A stretch of 64,000 nt of DNA from assembly GCA_963675745.2 (NCBI GenBank), contig CAXXWX010000019.1, forward strand, positions 352,001 through 416,000. The letters are read 5' to 3'. Within the stretch, counting starts at the first letter, position 1. Each line of letters starts with the position of its first letter. The notes beneath the pieces are model-generated. The model was given only the letters and a program-made list of their open reading frames with translations. It was not told the DNA's origin and did not search any database. The position numbers and the translations under genes are program-made. Of the stretch, positions 27,106-37,572 are shown piece after piece. Source of the stretch: Phycisphaerae bacterium (lineage in GTDB: Bacteria > Planctomycetota > Phycisphaerae > UBA1845 > Fen-1342).

Positions 27106-30003
27106 TCAATATCCGCCGCTGGTGCTTCCCAGTGTCGGGAACGCCTCGAGTTCAGCCTCCTCGGGGATAATGATGCTGACCTTCAGCAGGACAAAGACGG
27201 TCTGGGTGTCCTTGACCGTGGTGGTGTTTGTGAAAGCCCGCTTGAGGATCGGGATCTTGCTGAGAATCGGCACGCCGGCCTCGATTTCAGCCTCACCGAC
27301 GCGCTTGATGCCGCCGAGCAGCACGGTGCCGCCGTCGGGGATTGAGGCGACGGTCTGAATGATGTTCTGGTCCTGCTCGTACTTCTCAACCGTCAGGCCC
27401 GGGCTGTTACCGCTGGCCCGCTGCACGGTGAACGGCGTGATGATCGGCTCGCCGTTGTTCTCAATTCGGATTCGTGTTCTGACATACTGGCGGTTGGGCG
27501 TGATCTCGACGTTCGTCAGACGCATCGTCACGCCTTGTTCGGGTTCGGTACCTTCGCCCGGTGCGGCGATACCGGTGTTCTCGCCTACCTGGCCCTGAAG
27601 GTTGCCGATGGTTTGGAACTGGCGGACAATCCGAATCTCGCCTGACTCGAGGTTGGCCACCACCAGTCGCGGTGCCTGAACCACGCTCGAGCGCCGGTTG
27701 GCCTGCGTGGCGCGAATCAGGAAGTCAACCTGGAGATTGTCGAGGAACGAGCCGGCGATACTCAACGCCGGCAACTGCAATTCGTTGAGCGAGCCGGGCA
27801 CACCGGTTACCAGGCCGGCGGGGTTCACCAGGTCCAGCGAACTCTGCTGGATCGGAACCGGCGTCATGCGACTGTACGACGGCCCGATGCCGCCCGACGT
27901 TGGCACAAACGCCGCGTTTCCATATGGCTGGGCCGGCACGGCGCCCTGGGCGAACGCGGTCCCGAGGTTGGGTACGCTGGGATAAAACCCGGCCTGTGCG
28001 GATCGCCGGTCCACCAATACCGGGGCCTGTGTGAAGGCATCTCGAATCTGGCCACCGTCCGCGGAGAACGCCTGATCGATGCCGGCGGTGCCGGAATTGA
28101 ATACGAAGTCGAGATCCACCCCAATCTGCTCGAGGAAATTCGACGTGATGGTCAGGAAGCGCGCTTCAAAAGCCGCCTGATCCGGGCCGGCGCCGCCGGT
28201 ACCGAGGTTGCGCACCGCGTCATCGACCAGTTTGTGACCTTCGTAGGTCTGTGTCACGACCACGTTTCCGGGCGGGCTGGCCGTAATCCCGACCGTGGCC
28301 GGCTCTTCCCAGATGCCCGGCGTGTAACTTTCAATCTGCGGTATGACCGCCTCCTCGATGCGGTCGCGAATCTCCTCCCAGTCTTCGTCTTCCTGCTGCG
28401 AACTACCGCCCCCGGTGCCCTCGTCCAGCCTGGTCGCGTCGCGCGGGATAATGTGCTGAACCTCATAGCTGCGGCCGTAAGCCGTCAGCTCCTCGCGTGG
28501 CTTGATCTCAACGTATCCCGGTGACATGTCGAGCGCGAGATCAACATCCAACCCGCCCGCCTGGTCGACGATTTCCTCGAGCACCTCCAGCAGGGTGGTG
28601 TTCTGCATGTCGATTGTGATCAGGGTTGCCAGATCGACGCCGTAGTTTTCGAGCAGAATCGGGTCAATGCGGATATCGACGTCATAGCGTTCGCGCAGAA
28701 TGTCGACGATCTCCTCGAGCGTCAGCTCCTCGAAGTTAATCTCGGAAACCGGGCGCTGGAGCCGGCGCTCCATTGCCACGCGTTGCTCGTGCAGATCGCC
28801 GCGGGCCGCTCGGCCGAAGTTGCCGCGTTTGCGGCTGAGCTCGACCCAGTTCTCGGGGTAGGTGATGTTGTGATCGGTGGGGATTAGATACTCGTCGGCG
28901 TCTTCGAGCGCTTGACGCGTCCGCTCACGAAAGCGATCCATCGTCTCGTTCTGTTTTGCGAAGGAGACGAAGTTTTTGTACGCGCCGAGCAGGTGGCTTG
29001 CTTCCGAATTGGTCGGATCGAGCACCAGGATCTGGCGCAGCACTTCGACGGCTTCCTCGTAGCGGTGCTCCGCCCCGAGCGTTTCCACCGTCTGGAGCAT
29101 CTGCTCGATCTTGGCCTCACGCTGTGCGGCCTGCCGGGCGCGCGTGATCCCGATATTCAGCTTGATCTGCTCGCGTTCGCGCGCCGCCTCCAGGCGCCCG
29201 GCCTCGTCGGCACGGCCCTGGACCTCAGCTTTCAAATCCTCGGCCGTGGCCTTGGCTAGCTCGTATTTGGAGGCCGGTGCGGCGTAGATCCGGGCCGCCT
29301 CGATTGTCTGCAAAGCCGCGTCCGCCAGGCGACGGGCTTCGGTGAAATCCCCCTTGTCCATCGCGGTGCGCGCCAGGGCGGCGAACTCGTTCATACGCGC
29401 CGTGGCGCGCTGCCAATAAAGCGCGTCCCGGCGCTGCATTTTCTCAATCACGGTCAGCGGGCGGGTCGGGTCTTCCGGCGGGATCTGCTCGACGGGGGTG
29501 GTCGCCGGTTGCTCGCTGGATACTGTGGCCGCCGAGGGAGATTTGCTGGCGGCCGGCTGCTTTCCGGGTTGGATGCCCGGCTGTCCCTTGGCGGCCGCCT
29601 TGCGTTTCTCGGTAATCTCGTGCTGGCGGCTTATCGCGGCTTCCTTGAGTTCGGGACTTGCGTAACGGTTATCCAGCACCTGCTGGCACAGCCTGTCCGC
29701 GTCGTCCCAGCGGCCCTCGTCGAAGGCCAGGTCGGCGGCACTCACGTCCTGCTGGGCCTGCTTGCTGGCCGGAATCGCGTCATTGACCTCCGCCAGCAGC
29801 CGACTGCGCTCGTTGCGCTCCGTGTCCGTCAGGTCATTTGTGTCGATCGCCAGCAGTGCCACCTGGGCCGCTTCGTACTGCTGGGTCTTGAACAGCTTGG
29901 CCGCCTTGTCGAGCGCATCGGATCGGGCCGCAGCGCTAGGTACCAGCAGCATTACGAGCATTAACGCACACACACCGCCCGAAAGCCGCAGTAAGTTACG
30001 CAT
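27106..30003 (-). CDS. Secretin (type II/III secretion system outer-membrane pore family) with TPR-like N-terminal region
   Basis: QVDFLIRATQA...VQAPRL; IQTVASIPDGGTVLLGG; GVPILSKIPILKRAF. Signal peptide; AAGGAG RBS before ATG 30003. Confidence 0.9.
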   Translation of the reverse strand: MRNLLRLSGGVCALMLVMLLVPSAAARSDALDKAAKLFKTQQYEAAQVALLAIDTNDLTDTERNERSRLLAEVNDAIPASKQAQQDVSAADLAFDEGRWDDADRLCQQVLDNRYASPELKEAAISRQHEITEKRKAAAKGQPGIQPGKQPAASKSPSAATVSSEQPATTPVEQIPPEDPTRPLTVIEKMQRRDALYWQRATARMNEFAALARTAMDKGDFTEARRLADAALQTIEAARIYAAPASKYELAKATAEDLKAEVQGRADEAGRLEAAREREQIKLNIGITRARQAAQREAKIEQMLQTVETLGAEHRYEEAVEVLRQILVLDPTNSEASHLLGAYKNFVSFAKQNETMDRFRERTRQALEDADEYLIPTDHNITYPENWVELSRKRGNFGRAARGDLHEQRVAMERRLQRPVSEINFEELTLEEIVDILRERYDVDIRIDPILLENYGVDLATLITIDMQNTTLLEVLEEIVDQAGGLDVDLALDMSPGYVEIKPREELTAYGRSYEVQHIIPRDATRLDEGTGGGSSQQEDEDWEEIRDRIEEAVIPQIESYTPGIWEEPATVGITASPPGNVVVTQTYEGHKLVDDAVRNLGTGGAGPDQAAFEARFLTITSNFLEQIGVDLDFVFNSGTAGIDQAFSADGGQIRDAFTQAPVLVDRRSAQAGFYPSVPNLGTAFAQGAVPAQPYGNAAFVPTSGGIGPSYSRMTPVPIQQSSLDLVNPAGLVTGVPGSLNELQLPALSIAGSFLDNLQVDFLIRATQANRRSSVVQAPRLVVANLESGEIRIVRQFQTIGNLQGQVGENTGIAAPGEGTEPEQGVTMRLTNVEITPNRQYVRTRIRIENNGEPIITPFTVQRASGNSPGLTVEKYEQDQNIIQTVASIPDGGTVLLGGIKRVGEAEIEAGVPILSKIPILKRAFTNTTTVKDTQTVFVLLKVSIIIPEEAELEAFPTLGSTSGGY

Positions 30004-30295
30004 TGCTGATTCTCCTTGGAAATCCCTGGCCGCCTGCTGCACACTCATGGCATCTTGGCTGGTTGCGACACGGTCACACATACCCATCCCAGCCCGGTAT
30101 GCGGGGGCCTCGCCACAGCTTGTGCCGCGAGGCAACCGGGCCGGTCTCGTGTCGCCGCAATGCCAGGAAGTGTAGCCGCCCGCTACACGCGTCGCAACAG
30201 AACGTCGTCCCAAAATGCGACGCTCCAGCGTCATCGGCCGCCGGCAGCGTCAGCGCGCACCGCCGGGTGACGGTAGCTCGTCACCGCGCGGACCC

Positions 30296-33200
30296 TCATT
30301 CGCGTACGTTGATGCGGGTTATGGCGGGTTCGACGACCAGCGGGACATCGGCGCCCCGCCACTCGATGCGCGGGGGCGGAAGCGCACAAGCGCCGGCCCG
30401 CGCGGCGACCACGACAACCTCGTGAACGCAGTGGCCCGCCTCCAGGTTCGGAATGGTATAGGTGAGCTCGTCCAGTCGCCGCGTGCTAACCTCCCCCTGT
30501 GTAAGCAGTTTCTGTGGCTCGAACACGATCGAGAGCGTCGTGGCGGGCAGACGTTGCCGCCATGTGACGTCGGTGAGCCGGCCGGGGACCTCCATCTCGT
30601 CACGAATCACAATGTACTCGCCGGCGGTGGCAGGGGCGTCAGCGGGCAGTCTGAGGCGGCTGGGTTGTGGATGGTCGGGAGACTGGCCCAGCGCACCGGC
30701 CAGCTCGATTTCAGGCGATTCAATGACCCAGATGCTGCGTCGGATCACGATCGGCGTGGCGGCGGAGGGGGTGGGCGGTTTTACCTCGTCCAGCACTGTG
30801 CAGCTCGCCGCGCATACCCGCGTCTTGTCCGCCGATTCCAGCCCGGCGCGCAACTCCGCCGGACCGGCGCGCGTCGCCTCGACCGTGGCCACCAGCAGCC
30901 TGCTTTCGTTCGCGCCCAACTCGAGTGTCAACACCCCATCCTCGGCCACCAGGGCCTGCTCACCGTCGTGCCAATGGCGTGAAGCGATATCGAGATTGTC
31001 GTTGGCTTCCAGTCTGATGCGGGCGCTTGCGGGCGCGCCGGCCGAGTTCTCGACTCGGACGGCGGCCGTGATTCGGTCTCCGACCGTCAGGCGGGCCGGC
31101 AGGTGTACGCGCGCCGTCACACCAGGGCGCACGCGCGCCAGCAATTCGGCGTCGGCCGTGCGCCCGTCATCGGTCACCAGCCACGCCGTAACATGGTACG
31201 CCCCGGGCTCGTCGGGCAGGGGGATCCGGGCGGTGCCGTGGCCGGCGACAATCCGCAGTCGCACATGGCCGAGCGTTGCTCCGCTCGCCAGGGCCGCTCG
31301 CGCCGCCTCGGGGAGCGTGGGTGGGGGGGAGACGAGACCGGGAGTCGGCTCGTCAGCGCCGGTCGCGAAGGTGCCGGAGAGCGTCAGCGCGGCAGATGCG
31401 TCTTCGACAGTCTCCGCCGGCATCCCCGGCAGCCATGCGGTGGCGCTGCCGTCATCGGCGGCCGTCCAACGGAGCAGCACCGTGCCGTCGGGAGTCTCGC
31501 CGTCCGGCGTCTGACAGGATAGCTCGACGTGCAAATCCGCGCCCAAGGCGATTTCGGTGGTCGGTGTCTGGAGGCCGAGCACGGGGCGTCTGTCAGCCGC
31601 CGGAGCGATGCGTGCCCGGCACAGTATCCGCGGGCCCTCTGGTCCGAGGCCCACGGCCAAGACCGAGGCGCCCTGGGGAATCGGATCGGCGGCAGCGATC
31701 GTAACTTCCGCGGCTCCCACCACGATCCCGACATTGGTGGCGGCCAGGGGTTCGTCAGTGCGCAGCACCAGCAGTATCGGGCCCTGGTGGTCACCGGTGA
31801 GCGAGACGCGCACGCCATGCCGATCCTCAACCGTCACCGCTGTCGCCTCGATATGCAGAGGTGAGGATGTGGGCTCGGGGGCTGCCGCCACTGAGATTCG
31901 CTTGCGCACCGGCAGTCGCGTCTCGTTGTTGGCCAGCAACTCGGCCGTCAACTCGTATTCGCCGGCCGCCGGCGGGTACCAGGCGTGTGTCTGCCAGCCC
32001 GCGGATTCGCGCGACAGCGACAGACGCGCAATCTCCTCGGTGCCTTGTCGCACGGTAATGACCGGCTCTTGCAGGAGCGTCTGCCCGTGAGGATCAAACC
32101 AGCCCAGCATCACTCGCAGCGCCGCTCCGACCCGCGCGTCCGCCGGCTCGTGCCGCAGCCAGGCGTGTGGCGCCGCTGCACGCATCAGCTCGTAGTCGCG
32201 TGACCGCGCGGCTCGCCCATCCCACCCTCTGTTGAGCGTCCACACGCCGACCGCCATCGGCCCCGGGGGGAGTTCGAGCTGTTCGAGGAACACGTCGAAA
32301 GCCCCCTTGTCGCTGTCCTTGCCGTGCGTATGGAACTCGGCCGGCAGTATCGGCGTCGGCGGGCGGTTATCCGCGGAGGTGGGCAGTCCCAGGAACCGGA
32401 TCACGCCGCCGATCCCGCGGTGGCACATTTCCCGTGACCATGGATAGCGCGCCGTTGTCTGTCCGCGCACATGATGATCCCACGGTTCGCTCGGTGGTGA
32501 GACGGTCGTCGTAACGTCGAGCGGTGATGGATCGAGCGGCGTAACGGCAAAGGTGAAACGCCCCAGCACATTCGTCAGCACGTGGCCGTTATAACGCAGC
32601 ACGACGCGCTGCACACTGTCCGCCAGCTTGTCGCCGATCGGCACCTCCACGTCGAACATCCCGACCGCATCGAGCGCCACAGGTTGTTCGAGCGCAACAA
32701 CGTCCATCGCGTCGCGCAGCTCCAGCGATGCGGTGGCCCCCGCGAGGTTGGCCGGGTGTCCGGTTGCGGATAGAAGCTGGCCGGCCAGGCGTTTCACGCT
32801 GCCGGGCGGCGCGGGGGCGGCCGCACCGATCACGATGGCCTGCGTCGGACGATTGTCCGGCCCCGGCCGCGGCGGCAGTTGCCCCGCGCACAGTGCCGGG
32901 TTTCCGCCGACATCGAGCAGGCAAACCCAGCGTTTGTCGCGAAACACGCGGGCTTCACCCGGCAGCGCGAATGTGCCCATACCGTCGGCGATACTGACCC
33001 TGGTGGGGACAAAAGACCCACGCATCCAGAAGAGCGCCCGCCCGTCATTTGGAACCAGTTCGCCGGTGCGCGCGCGAGGGTTGGTCCAGACCAGCGCGCG
33101 CCGAGCGCCGGCAACCACCGTGGCCTGGATCCCGCTGAGCACGACGAGCGCCCTGGATTCGAGCACGTGGCCGGAAGCGGTGTGCGCACTGGCAATGACG

Positions 33201-34396
33201 ACGTATGCGCCCGGCCCGGCCTGGAGCATCGCGGCATCGGTGGGCTGCCACCAATCATACTGACGCGTGGGCCGCGTCGTGTATTCTTGACGCACTTGCA
33301 GCGCGCCGGACGCCGGCAAGCGTGACGTATCGAGTTGTCCCTGGTGTTCGGTGAGCCAGCCTTCCAAATCAACGGCGCGTACCTCGAGGGTCACGGCCCC
33401 TACATTCCTGGCGCGCAGCTTGATTGGGAGCGGCACGTTTGGCGGCGCCGTGGCGGGAGTGTCGATTACGAGTTGGGGGCGTGTGACCGACGCGGCGGCA
33501 CGCTCCGCCGTCGCCGCCGCCGGCCCGAGACCCGACGCGGCCACACTGCGATACAGATTCAGCGCTTCCGTCCATTGCCCATCCTGCTCACGTAACGCGC
33601 CAAGTTTGAGCTTGGCCTCCGCAATCGCGACGTTGCGCGCATCACGGCCGGCCAATGCCTCGAGCAGCGTTCGACCCTCGCCGGCGCGTGCGGCGTCGCC
33701 CATCAGCAACTGCGCCAAGGTCAGGTCGATCTGATCCAGCGCGATCTGACCGCCGTTCAGATCGGCGGCTCTGGTGCGCAAGTCGCGAATCCGCTCGACG
33801 CGGATGAGCATGGCTTCGTCGGCGTTGTCGGGGCGCCGGGCCTGTAGATTGGGTGTCGTCGGCCATTCGTTGTGGATGGCCCATACTCGTGCCTGTGCGG
33901 CGAGCGCGACGGCGCGGCGCGCGCTCATCCCGCGGCGCATAAACTCATCAGCGGCTTGCTGCAACAAGCCCAGCGCGGCGCTGGTTTCGTGCAACGTGGC
34001 CTTGCCGACCCCCATCGCCAGCAGCACTTCCGGTCGCCCGGCCAGCGTCGGGTCATCGTCCGCTGCGCCGCTGACCAGCGCGGCGCCGAGCTCAACGTCT
34101 TTCCGCGTGTCCCCGCCCAGCAGGCACAGACCGCGAATGACCTCGGCCTCGCGCAGCACGCGCGGATCGCGGCTGTGCCGCGCCAACGTGTTGCACAACC
34201 GCCACGCCTCCCTACAGCGGCCGGCCACATATAGTTGTAGTGCGTCGCGCACCTCGACGGCCCATTCACCTCGCGGATCCACATCGGCAGCCTGTCCCCG
34301 CGCGGTGGGGGACAGTTGTGCCAGCAGGATGCTCAATAGAATCGGCGTCAACGCCGGCCGACGACTCGGCCGGAGACGGATACAGCGCTGAGTCAT
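30296..34396 (-). CDS. Diverged alpha-2-macroglobulin-like protein with TPR-like N-terminus, apparently lacking the thioester domain
   Basis: LPDEPGAYHVTAW...HLPARLTVGDRI matches the A2M family motif LPDxxxxW...LPRFLxxGD. C-terminal IRRSI...RLPA...AGACALPPPRIE resembles the last MG domain. No CxEQ. Confidence 0.6.
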   Translation of the reverse strand: MTQRCIRLRPSRRPALTPILLSILLAQLSPTARGQAADVDPRGEWAVEVRDALQLYVAGRCREAWRLCNTLARHSRDPRVLREAEVIRGLCLLGGDTRKDVELGAALVSGAADDDPTLAGRPEVLLAMGVGKATLHETSAALGLLQQAADEFMRRGMSARRAVALAAQARVWAIHNEWPTTPNLQARRPDNADEAMLIRVERIRDLRTRAADLNGGQIALDQIDLTLAQLLMGDAARAGEGRTLLEALAGRDARNVAIAEAKLKLGALREQDGQWTEALNLYRSVAASGLGPAAATAERAAASVTRPQLVIDTPATAPPNVPLPIKLRARNVGAVTLEVRAVDLEGWLTEHQGQLDTSRLPASGALQVRQEYTTRPTRQYDWWQPTDAAMLQAGPGAYVVIASAHTASGHVLESRALVVLSGIQATVVAGARRALVWTNPRARTGELVPNDGRALFWMRGSFVPTRVSIADGMGTFALPGEARVFRDKRWVCLLDVGGNPALCAGQLPPRPGPDNRPTQAIVIGAAAPAPPGSVKRLAGQLLSATGHPANLAGATASLELRDAMDVVALEQPVALDAVGMFDVEVPIGDKLADSVQRVVLRYNGHVLTNVLGRFTFAVTPLDPSPLDVTTTVSPPSEPWDHHVRGQTTARYPWSREMCHRGIGGVIRFLGLPTSADNRPPTPILPAEFHTHGKDSDKGAFDVFLEQLELPPGPMAVGVWTLNRGWDGRAARSRDYELMRAAAPHAWLRHEPADARVGAALRVMLGWFDPHGQTLLQEPVITVRQGTEEIARLSLSRESAGWQTHAWYPPAAGEYELTAELLANNETRLPVRKRISVAAAPEPTSSPLHIEATAVTVEDRHGVRVSLTGDHQGPILLVLRTDEPLAATNVGIVVGAAEVTIAAADPIPQGASVLAVGLGPEGPRILCRARIAPAADRRPVLGLQTPTTEIALGADLHVELSCQTPDGETPDGTVLLRWTAADDGSATAWLPGMPAETVEDASAALTLSGTFATGADEPTPGLVSPPPTLPEAARAALASGATLGHVRLRIVAGHGTARIPLPDEPGAYHVTAWLVTDDGRTADAELLARVRPGVTARVHLPARLTVGDRITAAVRVENSAGAPASARIRLEANDNLDIASRHWHDGEQALVAEDGVLTLELGANESRLLVATVEATRAGPAELRAGLESADKTRVCAASCTVLDEVKPPTPSAATPIVIRRSIWVIESPEIELAGALGQSPDHPQPSRLRLPADAPATAGEYIVIRDEMEVPGRLTDVTWRQRLPATTLSIVFEPQKLLTQGEVSTRRLDELTYTIPNLEAGHCVHEVVVVAARAGACALPPPRIEWRGADVPLVVEPAITRINVRE

Positions 34397-34456
34397 TGCG
34401 TCTCCACGATAGCTTGTCGTGCGATACATCCTACGCGAGCTGGCAAGCCCCCGTTT

Positions 34457-35416
34457 TCAGCGGGCGCGGACAAACTCCTCGCGGGCCACTTCGGCGCATG
34501 GCAATAGTGGTGCTATGTCCGCGAGAAAGCGCTGCGCGTCGGTGTAGTAACCCGCGGTGGGGGCCAGATCGGGAAGCCGGCGACGCCAGTACTCATTGAA
34601 GCGCGCCATCAACAGCTCGCGCACATACTTCGCCAGCATGCTCGCCAACGCCACCGGCAGATGCTGCCGATCGGCGCCCGTGACAAACTCGCACGTCCAG
34701 GTTGTGTCATCATCAGTTAGCTCATAAACGCTCCGCGCCGCGGATTCGCCGACGATCCGCAGACGGCGCGCCGGGAAAGCGGCCATCAGCACGTCGGCAT
34801 AGTGGCCGCGACCGCCGAGCCGATCGACAACGACGCACACCGGTCCACGCCCGGCCGCCGCGACCGCGCGGGCAATCACGCGCAACACGTGTTCCAGCAG
34901 CACGCTGGCCTTGTTACGTGTCTGCATCAGGCGCCGGTTGTAGCGATCCTCGGCAACAACCTCGGCCAACAGCGAGCGGCAGGTGACGCCTGTGGTTGCC
35001 ATGATTCCGCCGACTTGCGCCAGGAGTTGATCAGAAGCCGCCTGCTTGGCGTCACGGGGGAGTGCCAACTGCGCATCGGCGTACCAGGGGAGCCCGCTCA
35101 GGTCCGTTGGCGACACGCCCAGCGCGGCGAGCAATCCGTCCGCCGTATCGCAAGGGAGTCCGCACACGCGGGCCAGTCCGAGCACGCCGCGCTCGAGCGT
35201 GCCGATGCCGCCGCTGCGCTGGTAAATCTGCTTGGAGTCGCCGATCGGAAGACGCCACTCACCCTTGCGGCGTTTGCGCGCGATACAGCCTTCCAGCGGC
35301 TGCCAGAGGTCGGTTCCGACCAGCTCGGGGGTGACAGTCCAGACGCTGGCCCCGACCACCAACGGTCCCAGCAACGGTCCATACCCGGCCTCGTCGACTC
35401 CGACCACCAGCGGCAT
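34457..35416 (-). CDS. Ribonuclease HII-like protein
   Basis: GVDEAGYGPLLGPLVV, DSK, VDRLGGR, AD..LPVALASMLAKYVRE. Confidence 0.8.
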   Translation of the reverse strand: MPLVVGVDEAGYGPLLGPLVVGASVWTVTPELVGTDLWQPLEGCIARKRRKGEWRLPIGDSKQIYQRSGGIGTLERGVLGLARVCGLPCDTADGLLAALGVSPTDLSGLPWYADAQLALPRDAKQAASDQLLAQVGGIMATTGVTCRSLLAEVVAEDRYNRRLMQTRNKASVLLEHVLRVIARAVAAAGRGPVCVVVDRLGGRGHYADVLMAAFPARRLRIVGESAARSVYELTDDDTTWTCEFVTGADRQHLPVALASMLAKYVRELLMARFNEYWRRRLPDLAPTAGYYTDAQRFLADIAPLLPCAEVAREEFVRAR

Positions 35417-35418
35417 GT

Positions 35419-36276
35419 TCACCACCCCAGCGCATAGAAGACGGCGGTGAACAGGCAGTCGGCGCCGATCAGGGCCACGATGCACTTCACGACGGTTACC
35501 GTTGTTGCCCGGCCGACGCCCTCTGCGCCGCCCTGCACATTGAGCCCTTCATAGCACGCCAGGCTGGCGATGATCATCCCAAAGACGCCGCCTTTGAAGA
35601 GGCCCGTGAAATAGTCCGTGAGGTCGACCGAAGCCTGCGTCAGCTCGATGTAGGTCTGTGGGGGGACACCCAGTATGACCGTGCCGGTCAGGTAGCCGCC
35701 GGCCACACCGGCGACGTCCGCCAGCACGGTCAGGCCGACCAGCATCACGGTGGTGGCCACGATGCGCGGCACGACCAGAAAACGGATGGGGTCGAGGGCG
35801 TGGGCGCGCAGCGCCTTGATCTCCTCACCTTCGACCATGGTACCCAGTTCGGCGGCGATCGAGGCGCCGGCGAAGCCGCTCAGGATGATGGCGCTGATCA
35901 GCGGGCCGAGCTCGCGCACGATGGCGATGGCGACGACGTCAGCCACGCGTTCGAGCTGGCCATAGAGCTCCAGCGTTGGGGCCAGATTCAGCCCCAGGAT
36001 GATGCCGATGAAAATCTGCACGAGGATCACGATGGGGATACTGCGCACGCCCACGCGAACCGCCTGGGCGACCAGTGCCTCGAGGCGGATGCGCACACCC
36101 TGTCGCGTGATCCAGCGCAGCAGACGGTTGCCCACCGCGCCGAGCAGGCGCACCAGGCCGCCGGTGTAAACCACGACACTGGACAGGTTGGCCAGTTGCG
36201 CGCGAACCACGCCCCCCAGCGCCTCGGGGCCGCGGCGCCAGAAGTTTTGCGACGCTGGTTCCGGAGCGGAGCTCAT
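35419..36276 (-). CDS. mlaE: MlaE-family ABC transporter permease
   Basis: VRELGPLISAI, GASIAAELGTM, EEIKAL, LVVPR, GGAEGVGRATT. Confidence 0.9.
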   Translation of the reverse strand: MSSAPEPASQNFWRRGPEALGGVVRAQLANLSSVVVYTGGLVRLLGAVGNRLLRWITRQGVRIRLEALVAQAVRVGVRSIPIVILVQIFIGIILGLNLAPTLELYGQLERVADVVAIAIVRELGPLISAIILSGFAGASIAAELGTMVEGEEIKALRAHALDPIRFLVVPRIVATTVMLVGLTVLADVAGVAGGYLTGTVILGVPPQTYIELTQASVDLTDYFTGLFKGGVFGMIIASLACYEGLNVQGGAEGVGRATTVTVVKCIVALIGADCLFTAVFYALGW

Positions 36277-36623
36277 GCCTGACGGGCGTCCTCCACGGTC
36301 TCGGCGATGGTAAAGAACCTGTCAAGTTGCGTGATCTCGAACAAGCTGCGAACGCGCGGGCGCAGGCCGGCGAGAACGAGGCGTCCGCCGGCTTGCTCCG
36401 CTCGGCGCTTGGCCTCAACAACCGTCCCGACGCCCGAAGAGTCCATATACTCCACACCCTTCAGGTCGACGATGACACGCGCCGGCTTCCGCTCCAGGGC
36501 TTCCAGCAACGCGGCGCGCAGTTGCGGGGAACTGTGCATGTCGATCTCGCCGACGATGCTGACGACGACTCCGGCTTCGTCATCAGACGTATCGATGGCC
36601 AGCCTGTCGTCGCGGTTGCTCAT
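36273..36623 (-). CDS. STAS anti-anti-sigma factor (RsbV/SpoIIAA-like)
   Basis: GEID, DLKGVEYMDSSG with the phosphorylatable Ser, LFEITQL. Confidence 0.92.
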   Translation of the reverse strand: MSNRDDRLAIDTSDDEAGVVVSIVGEIDMHSSPQLRAALLEALERKPARVIVDLKGVEYMDSSGVGTVVEAKRRAEQAGGRLVLAGLRPRVRSLFEITQLDRFFTIAETVEDARQA

Positions 36624-37087
36624 CAGCCGTTACCCTCCTGCTCGTTGGCCTGCGCGACGTGTCGCTTTGACTTGCGCATTACCAGCAGCACGCCGCCGCC
36701 CTCGGCGTGTGTGTACTCCACGGATTCCATCATGGCGCGTATCAGGTGGACCCCCAGCCCGCCCGGGCGCACCTCGTCCAGGTCGCGACCGCAGATTTCC
36801 TTGAGATTGACATTGGTGCTGAAATCTCGGATGCGCACTTCGAGCCCTTCACCCTTGCCCGGATGCTCCGCGCGGCGCAGGGAAAACTCGATGGTCTTGC
36901 CCGGCTTGCCGCCATATCCGTGGCGAATGACGTTTATGAGAGCCTCATCGATCGCCAGAACCACGTCGCCGACCTGCCGTTCGCTCCACCCGTGACGCCC
37001 GGCCCAATCGCGCACTTGTCGGCGCACACCGGTCAGGACCGCCGCGTCACTCGGCAACTGCATGGCAAGTTCATCAGGATCCATCAC
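36623..37087 (-). CDS. RsbW-like anti-sigma factor/serine kinase (HATPase_c_2)
   Basis: LAIDEALINVIRHGY, IRD, GGLGVHLIRAMM. Confidence 0.9.
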   Translation of the reverse strand: MMDPDELAMQLPSDAAVLTGVRRQVRDWAGRHGWSERQVGDVVLAIDEALINVIRHGYGGKPGKTIEFSLRRAEHPGKGEGLEVRIRDFSTNVNLKEICGRDLDEVRPGGLGVHLIRAMMESVEYTHAEGGGVLLVMRKSKRHVAQANEQEGNG

Positions 37088-37572
37088 GGTTTCCGCGTGC
37101 TCCGTGTCGAGTTGGATGAGTCCGCCGCACCTGCGCCGGGTCGCGCGGTGATCACAATCTCACCGCGCTGCAGCGCCTCTTGCCAGCGCTGCACGGCGGC
37201 GGCCCGTTCGGCCGCGTTACCATAGTAATGGTAGCCGTGATCGGTGCCGACAAGACGCTGCAAGGCCAGAATAGCGTACATGCGCACGGCCGGATCTTCA
37301 TCCTCCAGCAGGGCGACAAGACCGTCGATGGCTGCTGGATCGCCGGCGTCGGCGCGCCGCACGGTGGCCTGGGCGCGTTCGTACGGGTTCGTCGAGGTCA
37401 TGCGCTCGCCGCCGGTAGCGCGACAACCGGCGGGTGCCGCGCACATTCCCGCGAGCAACGGGAACAGGATCATCAGCCTCCGGCCGTCCCAGACTGTCAT
37501 GCCCGCATTATAGAAGTAATCCGTCGGTCGCCAATGACGCGTGCGCGCGTTGCGGGTCGGAAGGCGGCTCAT
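37084..37572 (-). CDS. HEAT-repeat protein, probable lipoprotein (true start may lie further downstream)
   Basis: LVALLEDEDPAVRMYAILAL HEAT motif; hydrophobic stretch ending AGC. Overlaps both neighbours. Confidence 0.7.
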   Translation of the reverse strand: MSRLPTRNARTRHWRPTDYFYNAGMTVWDGRRLMILFPLLAGMCAAPAGCRATGGERMTSTNPYERAQATVRRADAGDPAAIDGLVALLEDEDPAVRMYAILALQRLVGTDHGYHYYGNAAERAAAVQRWQEALQRGEIVITARPGAGAADSSNSTRSTRKP

